DNA of 64,000 nt from Anthoceros angustus (Eukaryota > Plantae > Anthocerotophyta), in the NCBI GenBank assembly GCA_010909165.1, contig VJWM01000063.1, positions 372,001 through 436,000 on the forward strand, in the 5' to 3' direction. Shown one piece after another: positions 54,531 to 64,000 of this stretch. A program made the position numbers and the translations under genes. Under the pieces are notes generated by a model that was not told where the DNA came from, did not search any database, and was given only the letters and a program-made list of their open reading frames with translations. Position 1 is the first letter of the stretch. Every line of letters starts with the position of its first letter.

Positions 54531-55712
54531 ATACACCGGTGGAAAGCCGATGGTCCCATGCTCGTACCAAGTGTCATCCGGAGGAGTGATGCCTTCGCCC
54601 ATTTATCGGACTCGATGCACCCGATGTCCCAATTGGTGAGTCCGATGGTGTTGGGCTCGAATCGTGATGAACTCTGTGGCCAAACCCGACCCTACAGAAT
54701 TTACACCTCCTAAACGAAAGCGTGCCCGCCGTCACGAAAGTAGTTTGTATCGCTTTGTCGGTGGAGGTTTAACCATAGTGCAAAGGTTAACCTGCATCAA
54801 AGTTTCGAGCACAAGATTCAGATCATGAGGTACTTCATCCATCTTAATGGGTTCCTCGATTTCAATTGATGACAATTATCCCATCAGATTTGTAGCAAGC
54901 ACTCACCAAATCAACTCCCAATCGCACCATTTGACATCCGAGACGCGTTCGAGAAAGGACGCTTTGGTCATGATTTCTCCACCCTCACAAGAATTAGTTG
55001 AATTGTCCACTACAATCTTCCGCTTTGTATCAATCCTGCACCGTATGAGCCGATGGAGGTGATTGCCCATGTGCGCCGGACGTCCGGCAGACATTTTTGG
55101 AGACCACCTCAAGACGGGCTCAAGGCGCGATTCGCAAAGTTCGACGAAGGATTCTTTTCCTTCGTAAATGCGCCAACTTCGCGCACAAGGTTGTATGTGC
55201 CCTCGCTTTTCATATTGTTTTGATGCTTTTGGACGGCCGGGTAATCGAGTCACCACATTTCGCTTAGTTTACAAGGTCGTTGATTTAGTTTTTAGATTGA
55301 CCGCTGCAATTTTATGATACCCATTCGCATTGGGCCGAACGTCCGCGCAATTGGTTCCGCTCTTCGAGTGACTCGCTTTTGCATTCTGCTGTCGAAAACG
55401 CCCCTGAGTTTGGTTTGTGGACTACAAAGGGTTTGGCTTGCCTTGTTTCCACCTCGCCTAAGTTTGGATCGCGAAATAGGTGTTTCATAGTCCTGCACTG
55501 GCCCAAAATTCCTCAAACTTCGTCAATGAAGTCAAACCGAGGAACCTTCAATAGCTTATACCTGCTTACAAAAGAGCGTGAAAGAAAAGTGCAGTGAATA
55601 ATGTCGTAGTAGACATGTCTTCCCACCTAGTTTTCTGAAGCAGGTGTCTTTTGGCCCGTTTTGAGGGGGTGTTTTTGGTCCTTTGCTTGCCTAGTCCCTT
55701 TTTGTGGAGAAT

Positions 55713-55737
55713 AACCCCAAAGCTGAGAGACGCTGTT
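55713..55737 (-). repeat. Right TIR of the giant DNA transposon
   Basis: Exact reverse complement of 29917-29941. Confidence 0.95.
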
Positions 55738-55857
55738 TTTGTATGAAATTTAGACACGCATATATATTTAGAAGTTTCACTATTCACGATCTAAGCAAAC
55801 AGAGTGTGTTAACCTTGATTGAGGGTTGTGACTTAGCCACTAACCACCTTGGAGTGG

Positions 55858-57200
55858 ATGCCTGGACACACTCGATCCGGACGGAGCTACCAACTAGCCG
55901 GTCCATCGGAGCGAATTCGTAGTCCCGAGAGAAAACTACGAACACCTCGATTTTGGTACCAGCGAAGGACGCAAAGGAACCCAGCGACTCAATCAACCAT
56001 CTTTAAAGGATCTAAGAGTGGCAACACACAAGACACGGCGGTGCCATCAAGACAACTCAGCAAAAACAACAGTGAAGAGGACTTGTCTCTAGGAGTCGTC
56101 AAGATGGGAGGAGACAACGATCGAATGGAGTTGTTCACGGGACGAGCGGGCACCTTGCCACTGGAGGACTTCATCGAGAAGTACAGCGCGGTGTGTGCGG
56201 AGATGGAATTGAAGACTGGATATACGAAGCGATACGGCTTCATCCAAATGCCAAGTACTTGGGGATGAAGCATTATCCAGTGAGCACAAGGCGAGGTTGT
56301 TGAGCACCACATCTGGAATCCCAATGAGTAGCAGTTCGAGTCTGTGAGGAACCAAAGACATATGCAAAAGTGGAAATCGACACCTACGTTAGGAACCAAA
56401 GCATTTAAGAAAGGGCACCGGGAAAGATCCCATCGAAGAGATGTTTGACATCTTCCGGGTGGAGTTTCCTACAAGCACGGATGAGAAGATCATCGTTGAC
56501 ACATTTGATGTCGTTTAAGCCATTGCCAACAGGAGCAACTGTGGGAGCAACATCAAAGTCCGAAGTGGGTGATGTGGAGAAACCCATGTGCAGACTGCTG
56601 ACGGAGACAATGGTGCAAAGGCTTCTAGAGATGCCATGTTTCAGCCTACAAGACATGGGGTTGAGCATGAAGGAAATCAGGGGTTTGACTCGGCGGATGT
56701 TGACAACCCTTGAAGACGAAGCAAGTGTCCATGACGTTACACAGATAGCAATGATGCTGTCGACCTCACCGAGCCAAGCATCTCTGTGGAGAAGCGGAAT
56801 GCTGCACGAGTGGGGGTGGCTTTGGTCAACAATAGGGAGAGACACATTGAAATCAACGGATTCGCACCAAGGAGGGTGTTGATTAGCACCAGAGTACAGC
56901 CGGTGATCGTTGGAAGAAGAGTGAAGGAGGCGTTGGGTCTCTACCAAGAAAGGTTGAAGGAAACCAAGTGAAAGATCCAAACCGCAGCCGAGACTACAGA
57001 GCATGTGTTAGGGGTGACGAGGTACAAGCTGAAGGTTTCATTCAAACCAAGAACAGGTGACTTCACCTTTGTACACTGCTTGGTCACTGATGTAGACACA
57101 TTTGATGTCTTGCTGGGAGCGGACGCTTTGCACAAACCTGGAGTCATAGTAGATTTGCGGACGGAGACAACCTACTATATGGACCAGGCTGGAGAAGATG
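55858..57200 (+). pseudogene. Gypsy gag and aspartic protease, degenerate
   Basis: MPGHTRSGRSY start, FTGRAGTLPLEDFIEKY gag-like segment, INGFAPRRVLISTRVQPVIVG (eroded D-T-G region), FDVLLGADAL protease C-terminal motif. Confidence 0.72.
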
Positions 57201-57600
57201 GAGCAAAACCAATGAACGGATTGCTCGCATCCCTCTGCAACTACATGGCAAGGATCATGAGAACCTCACTGCCAACAGCATCTACCCAGTGTTTGGGGCT
57301 GTGGTGACGGACACGCCGTACCTGCTTGAACCTCTTGGGGTGTGTCTAACAACCACAGCTAACCTAAGGGAGGATTTTGACGAGGAGGAGGAAGATAAGC
57401 TAGGGTTGCAACCACCCTCAGAGGAAGTTCTTCAAGTGAGTCGGACGGAGCTGGTGACTGTAGCAATGAGCCATGCAAAAGTGGTGGAGGATGGTGCAAG
57501 AGAACCAGTGTCCTATGAGCCGGAGAACTGCTATAAGTTCTTGCCTAGGGTTGAGCCTATTTATGACCTAAACACCCAGGAGATCACATCGTGACCTCGG

Positions 57601-58545
57601 GAAGACGACATAGTGCTGGTGGAACTCTTTAGAGGCACGGCATGAAGCAAGAAGGAAATGTGCAGCATCAAAGCACGAAGATACGTGCATTGTGAGCCGG
57701 ATCCAAAAGTAAGGATTGTGGGCATGACATTAGGACTTGATGGGGAGTACTCAACCTCCGACGGGAGTCAATGAAGGGTTACCATAAGGCACTGCCGATG
57801 GATGTTCGCATGATAGGGTTCTCACATTATTTGAGCTGTCTTGGGCAACCGGTGGACCTTGTCATCTTAGTCGGGAGTGTCAAGGACTCTCCTCTGCAGG
57901 CAAGGGTTAGGGTCTGAAGGACCCATGGATCATCCTTTGTGGCCACGAATAGCATTGTTCTATGACCTGATGAGGATCTTACGCTTTATCTAGAAAGGGC
58001 AAGAAAGGCCTTGTGCATACATGTTGGAGAATATGCCAATATATGTATGAGCGTGAAGATTCAAGTCTAGGAGAACTTTGGCAGGATCCGAGGAGTGTTG
58101 GGTCAGGATCTACTATTGGATTCAGCTCAATTTGGTTCGAGGGCTCATAGGTTAAGGTCCATGTTGACTAACCTTGCTCCCTTGGAACATTTAAAGTGTG
58201 CGAGGTCATTCACCAAGCGACCCAATCATGTTGTTAAGGATGTGCTAGCATCGGGAAGGCATGCCCAAAGAAGTCGCCAAGATTGACTGTGCTACGCACT
58301 CGTGAACACGCTGACACCCCATGGCGGCCACAACCTTGTGTCCAAGTCCAAGTCTTATGCCTCAGAACCATGGTTCCGCAGGTGGATAGGCATGGTGAGG
58401 CCTTGGGAGAGCCAACAGCCACAGAGTAGGAGTTGGCAATGGGATTTGCTGCCGGAGCCACGAAGACACCGGGAGTGACCGAGAAGGAATGATGTCGATT
58501 GCTTGGGCAAGCATTTGACAAGAACATGATGACCTGGTTGTTCAG
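57601..58545 (+). pseudogene. C5-cytosine DNA methyltransferase domain inside the Gypsy polyprotein
   Basis: Motifs in order: I IVLVELFRG; II RYVHCEPD; III LPMDVRMI; IV PVDLVI/ECQGLSSAG; VI YMLENMP; VIII LDSAQFGSRAHRLRSMLTNL; IX EPTATE*ELAMGF; X RLLGQAFD. Contains stops and frameshifts. Confidence 0.9.
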
Positions 58546-58729
58546 CGCTAGAGTCGCTTACCAACTTCGAAACCAAAAGAAGGCGGGGTTGAAGCAGCGG
58601 GTTCAGCGGGCAAAAGACATTCCAGCACTCGCATCTCAACAGGAGAAGGCGAGTTTGGAGGGCAAGGAGAGTGAGCGCGTAGAAGAAGTGTGCAAGTGAT
58701 CCAAGCCACATGAGTGGTTAACAGGCGTC

Positions 58730-59073
58730 GAGTTGAAGAGCAATCAATGGCGTCAGCTAAAGGAGTTGTTGGAGGCATCGCGACATGTGTTTGCTTTCAC
58801 ACTTGCGAGATGGGGAAGTACACTAAGGAAGTTCCATAGAACGACTCACGATGAACCAAAGCACTCGCAGAGGCTGCAAAAGCCGAAGGTCGAGTGGGAT
58901 TTAGTTGAGAATCGATGCCAAGAGCTTCTCAAGCTATATCGATTGACGATCTAACTCAGAGTACGCAAGCTGAGTAGTGCCCAAAAAAGGATGAAAATGG
59001 ATTGTGGACGGAGAGGAGAATGTGTGGTGACTATCGGCCATTGAACGAGCGAATCCCACATGACCACTTACCC
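58730..59073 (+). pseudogene. N-terminal fragment of a Gypsy reverse transcriptase
   Basis: QLKELLEASRHVFAF, EWDLVENRCQELL, KKDENGLWTERRMCGDYRPLNERIPHD, then abrupt truncation. Confidence 0.85.
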
Positions 59074-59126
59074 GATTGGGACCCTCAACTGCGGCCTACA
59101 ATGTGGCGTCCACCCAAGACTTGGAG

Positions 59127-59264
59127 TGTCAGGTTTGTGGACGTACTGATGATGATGATGATGTGATGCTTTTTTGTGATCGGTGCAATAAGGGATACCA
59201 TATGTTTTGTGTTCAACCACCTCTGGACGACATTCCCGAAAAAGATTGGTTTTGTTCACAATGC
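59127..59264 (+). other. PHD finger (C4HC3) coding segment at the end of the Gypsy polyprotein
   Basis: CQVCGRTDDDDDVMLFCDRCNKGYHMFCVQPPLDDIPEKDWFCSQC. Confidence 0.92.
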
Positions 59265-59265
59265 A

Positions 59266-60385
59266 CTACATATGAGCACTTCCTCATCAGACAACCAAGC
59301 AAAACAAATCTAATATGCAAGTATAGGTGCAAACCAATAACAATAGGAGGAGCTGATGAAGTGCTCATATGAAGAGCTGACACAGTTTCTTTTTGTTCAT
59401 GGAGCGCCATCACTACTCGTGGAAGATTGAGTATTATCCAACTAATCATCGTGATTTCTTTGAGTGACAACGCAAGGGACACAAGAATCTGCCCTGGAAG
59501 TGGACATCCTACAGTAGTGAAGGAGCTTACAAGAAGCTCGAGAACCACTTGTACATGCATTAGCTGTTAGATGCTTATTCGTTCTCCAAGATGGTGGTGT
59601 AGGGACCAAGTCAGGTTTGTCGCACGAGGTAAGCACTTACATTCATATGAGCACTTCCTCTGCATAACAACCAAGAAAAATAAATCTAATACGCAAGTAT
59701 AGGTCCAAACCAATCCCCCAAGCAAAACAAATCAAATATGCAAATCTAGAGGGTCTCCTCACAACACTTGCATTAGTTAGATGCTTATTCGTTCTCCAAG
59801 ATGGTGGTGTAGGGACCAAGTCAGGTTTGTCGCACGAGGTAAGCACTTACATTCATATGAGCACTTCCTCAACAGACAACCAAGAAAAAATAAATCTAAT
59901 ACGCAAGTATAGGTCCAAACCAATCCCCCCCAAGCAAACAAATCAAATATGCAAATCTAGAGGGTCTCCTCACAACACTGTTGCATTGCATATATAGAGG
60001 ACAAGCTATGATTTGAGCTTGTCCTCTGTGGAAGGGTGTATATATACTAGCCCTTGACATTGGCATATTTCTAAGATATCCTATTGGCATCAACATATGC
60101 AGGAAATATCCTAAGAATACACTATTATACGCAAGGAATACTATTCGTTATCCAGATGGTGGCGTGGGGACCTAATCAGGTTTGTCGCACAAGATAAGAT
60201 GCATGTCCAGGTTGTTCTCGAGCTTCTTGTAAGCTCCTTCACAGTAGATGTGCACTTCCATGGCAGATTCTTGTGTCCCTTGCGTTGTCACTCAAAGAAA
60301 TCACGATGATCAGTTGGATAATATTCAATCTTGCACGAGTAGTGACGGCGCTCTATGAACAAAAGAAACTGTGTCAGCTCTTCAT
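59266..60385. repeat. Scrambled repeat block: inverted LTR-X fragments, 210-bp tandem duplication, ~190-bp inverted repeat
   Basis: 59567-59776 matches 59777-59980; 59372-59560 is the reverse complement of 60199-60385; 59960-60140 matches LTR X. Confidence 0.85.
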
Positions 60386-60639
60386 AGCCCTGTGGCACCA
60401 TATGTTTCTCCGGGTAATACCAACGCGCGAAGTCTTGCTCCCACTTCTTCGTGCGCTTGTCATCCTCAAACTGGGGTGAGTAAGGCCCGCACACAGCTGT
60501 GAGTGATGGCGGACTCTGCGGCCGTGCCACTCATTTCCTGTGTCTTGCATACCCGCTCCTAGGGTGCGCGTCTTGGCCTTGGGCGCCATGTGTATTCATG
60601 CACGCACACACCCATTAGTTATTCCTGCTTCTATTCTAA

Positions 60640-61230
60640 CCCGGGGAGACTAGGTCTCTATTGCAGATGCGGTGGTAATAGATCCTACTCGGGATACCGT
60701 CTGTGACCATTTCATCATCAACCCTCCGGGTTGGGCGGCGGAGGGATGTGCTACAGCTAAGGTTCACAAGTGCACCCCCATGCAGGAAGGCCAAGCTTTC
60801 ATTCCCCTTGCTACTGAGACTCACGGGGCCGTGGGCAAGGACTTATGGAGATTTATCAAGGCTTGTACTAAAGCATATTACTACATCCGCAAGAATGGGA
60901 TAGGTCTCCCTCTTTTCTATGTGGTGGCTTTCTTCCGGCAACAAGTATCCATTGCTTTGCAAAGGGCGTTAGCAAACGCAATTTTCAGGACAGCTTCGAA
61001 CGAGGGGAACATAGCATCTTCAGCTCCGATGGTTAATAGGCCCTTCCTTATTCCAGACTATGATATCTTAGGAGTGGTAGGTAGCTTCAAAGTAGTCGTT
61101 CAGGGGGCCTAGTCCCTCTTGGCATGAGGCCCACTAGAGGGTTGTTCCCAATTGCCCCAATGTAGATAGGACTTTCCATTTCTGAATATTTATAAAGTCT
61201 CCATGTTCTCATTTCATAAAATAAAAAGTA
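60640..61230 (+). mobile_element. 5'-truncated RLE-type (CRE-like) non-LTR retrotransposon
   Basis: ADAVVIDPT...AKVHK...FIPLATETHGAVG...RQQVSIALQRALANAI (restriction-like endonuclease C-terminus), followed by an A-rich tail near 61216-61227. Confidence 0.72.
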
Positions 61231-61309
61231 AGTATATATAGTTAATTATACTTAAAATTACATTTAAAAATATTTATGAGATTTATTAAATTCAAAGAAT
61301 TAATATTTA

Positions 61310-61312
<3 letters not shown>

Positions 61313-61342
<30 letters not shown>
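61313..61342. repeat. (TA)n microsatellite
   Basis: About 15 TA units. Confidence 0.95.
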
Positions 61343-61347
<5 letters not shown>

Positions 61348-61886
61348 AGGAAAGGAAAGTTATTATCAATCTGTGAACACTGCTATTTTTTTAGGTAGAA
61401 GAGTTATTAGATTGGATTGATCACTGTTTTATAAGGAATATTAGTCCAATCAAATTACAATCTTGACCAATTTATCATGTTATTTTTATTTTTTGGTGTT
61501 AAAGTTTTCTTTTCATGAATCAATTATATACGGGCTTCATTCAATGTAACTCAAACATGAGCGCTGAAACATTTGCTTAAAAAATGCAACTCTTTATGGT
61601 TATCTTGCAAAATGAATGTTATATACTGTAACAACAAGTATTTGAAAAAGTACTCGTAGCGTATTCAATTCCAATGGCAGAAGAGGTAATTATAGCATAA
61701 AATTTGCAAAAGTTTTTGAGGGATGCTATTTGTTTTGTACCATTCTATAATGATTTTGTTTTGTGAATCCTTATTCTTATCTTCATCTAAGTAGGCAGCT
61801 AGTTGTTGGAAAACTTTATTATATTCTCAAATTTGTAAAAAGTTCATAAAATTTATCTATTAGTTCACTATTATTTCTTGCTACAG

Positions 61887-64000
61887 AATGTCCATGAAGA
61901 AGATATTCCATGGAGAAGATATTCAATCATGGATTGTCCTACAAGACACTATTCTATTCATGGACCGGATGAAGAATGGAGACTCTTTTACAAACAAGGA
62001 GGACCCCCAAGAAAGCAAAAAAAGGAATATGTATCTTTAGAAAAACTACTTGCAGACAAAGCGTGGCTACAGAAGAAAGCCTCAAAAAGAATGTCAAGAG
62101 ATCTGGAGCTCAGTGCAGCCATTAAGAGACAGGTTTTTATATCGTTTTAGCTTCGTTTATTACAATCTTTGTTATGCAAGTTGTTTATATAATACGATTT
62201 CAATTTCATTTTTACAATCAGATCTTGGAGGATATTAGGTACATGCAAACCAGGCTGCTACCTACTCAAAACCCGCGCTATTGTACTCGGCCTCCAAAGA
62301 CTTTCAAGGTGCAAATGGTTGTACTTTTTGTAAAATGATAACATGTTTACTCATTAGCTGAGAAGCTTCATAAGTTCTGAAGTAACAAATTTTGTATGCA
62401 TTAGGCATTGAGACTTTTTCAACTAAAGGTCACAGATGCTGGAGCTATGAGCTACCTCCTTGTAGATCCTCTATTAATTCAATTCTTAGGCTATGGTAGT
62501 GTGACAGAATTTTTGAATTGCTAGTATGCCAAACCCATCCATCTTGTGTATGAGATTACATTAAGAATTAATTTAAAAACAAGAATGATTCACTAATATG
62601 TTAGTTAAATGTTTGCAGAAATTGGGAAAAGTTATGTTGCTCAACTTCTACTACTAAACATGAGTCCTTGGAGTCAACGTCTAAGGTTTGATTCAATGAC
62701 ATTGGTTCACTAATAAAACAAAAGGTTTTAAACAAAATATATATTAAATATAAATTTATACTAAAAATATAAAGATACAACTAAGTTTTATTTCTTTGAA
62801 TGCAGGATCATTAAACCCCAGAGCAAGTCCTATTCCATGGCTTCAGATGAATTACCATTTCAAGGGAAGACACTCGGTCCCGGAACGACTTGTTCTTTTT
62901 ATGTAACATTCAATCCTCGTAATACACATGAAGGTGAAGATTATATATTCGTGAAGACAGAGATGGATAAGATACGAATCCGACTCGTTGCTCACCAACC
63001 CTTACCTGCAGTCTTCAGTTTTCCAAAAAAAATCGATCTCGGAAATTGTTTGGTTGGACATGTTTCTTCCCGCACCTTTGCGATCACAGCCATGGGTGCT
63101 TGTGCAACATTTCGTCTACTTTTAGATTATCATTCATCCTCTCCTCCAACACACCAGTTAGATCCAGGAGTCGATATGATTTATGTATGTCACAACATAT
63201 TACTGTTCCCTCCTTTCATTGCTTATCCTTGTTCTTTAGAGTTACAAGCTGAGGAGACTGGAAATATCATTGTGTTGTTCAGACCTTCGGTAGCTGGAAA
63301 ATTCAATTATTTATTAAAGCTTGTTACGGATAGTGGAATTGAATGGAGAACCACAATATGCGGTTGTGCAGTAGATATGATAGTGGATTTTGCACATCTG
63401 GATACACGCCCATTTCGACCTGGAGAACTGGAGCTTGGGTTATGGATTGGAGAAGCTACTGTGTCCTCCAGTACTCAACGAGAGATAAGCGTAATCAACA
63501 AATGTAGTGTGAGTTTGCGATATTTCTGGAAGGTAATTAACATGCACCCCAAGCAAAAGGACAGGAATTGGGAAAGTGATACCATGACACACACATACGA
63601 GAAGGAGGTTTTCTCGATGATTCCATGTAATGGAATCTTGCTACCAGGTGCTGAAGGGGCAACTGTGATGAAGTTTGCACCGGCGGATGTAGTGGTGTAC
63701 AAATCTCGTGCAGCTTTGTATGTGGATACTCGACACTGCAGCTCCATTCATCTTGAAGATGCCTATCGCGAAGTGCTGGATGTTCTGAACCAGGTGGAAA
63801 CAAAGCTTAAGCTGACTAACGGACACACCGCGTTAACCCATAGGAAAGTGAGTTACACCGAGAATTACACTGGCCTCCGCCTTTGTGCCATGGAATCTGC
63901 CAGGGGTGGGATATTCAAGGTACTGGAGGTTGATATGATGGGTTCAGGTTCACCATTCGATGTGCAGCTATTTCCATCGGTGTTGTGCTCAGCAGGACTG
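61887..64000 (+). CDS. Ciliary ASH/Ig-like-domain protein, DLEC1/CFAP81-like; partial, multi-exon, runs off the window
   Basis: Exons read PGTTCSFYVTFNP...EDYIFVKTE...FPKKIDLGNCLVG, NIIVLFRP, QREISVINKCSVSLRYFW, GILLPG...MKFAP. Frame is open from ~63310 to the window end, with an apparent 1-nt frameshift near 63310. True start not located. Confidence 0.65.

Larger units (their letters stand above)
29917..55737 (+). mobile_element. Giant cut-and-paste DNA transposon (Sola-like DDD transposase) carrying ParB/amino-methyltransferase cargo
   Basis: Perfect 25-bp TIRs AACAGCGTCTCTCAGCTTTGGGGTT (29917-29941, 55713-55737), TTTG duplicated at 29913-29916 and 55738-55741, transposase motifs inside, same internal palindrome in both arms. 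Confidence 0.9.
29382..59265 (+). mobile_element. Ty3/Gypsy retrotransposon encoding a C5-DNA methyltransferase and a PHD finger; 5' LTR split (29382-29916 + 55742-55833), internal deletion, 3' LTR lost
   Basis: Removing the TIR element joins TGTTACAAG... to ...GGTTGTGAC(T), giving a ~630-bp LTR-like unit 25 bp upstream of gag ATG 55858. Domain order gag-PR-DNMT-RT-PHD. Left boundary approximate because of TGTT microhomology with the host LTR. Confidence 0.75.

Noticed and set aside
55953-55966. TGGTACCAGCG as the Gypsy PBS
   Set aside because: Lies inside the gag ORF about 120 bp past the inferred LTR end and matches tRNA-Met poorly. No PBS was identified.
59076-59372. Stand-alone host PHD gene
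   Set aside because: No ATG-led gene context. It abuts an RT fragment and runs into LTR debris.

Overview
Eukaryotic nuclear DNA, most likely from a seed-free land plant or close streptophyte relative. The basis is plant-type MCM7, ARIADNE and R3H/G-patch genes with short introns, plus a ciliary DLEC1/CFAP81-like gene implying flagellated sperm; the species cannot be fixed from this window. Layout: a degenerate Ty1/copia and other TE relics (1-15.3 kb), a compact island of three host genes (15.3-25.6 kb), a nest of at least five TEs (28.8-60.4 kb), and the start of the DLEC1-like gene. The main result is two methyltransferase-carrying mobile elements, one inside the other. (1) A 25.8-kb DNA transposon (29917-55737; perfect 25-bp TIRs, 4-bp TTTG TSD; about 13.6 kb once a nested Athila-like element is removed) encodes a Sola-like DDD transposase, a ParB-like domain plus a prokaryote-type beta-class N4C/N6A DNA methyltransferase, and an unknown cargo ORF. 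(2) It is inserted in the 5' LTR of a Ty3/Gypsy retrotransposon whose polyprotein has a C5-cytosine methyltransferase between protease and RT and ends in a PHD finger. All TE genes carry frameshifts or stops. Some indels in the repeat nest may be consensus errors. Family assignments come from motif recognition by eye, not database searches.
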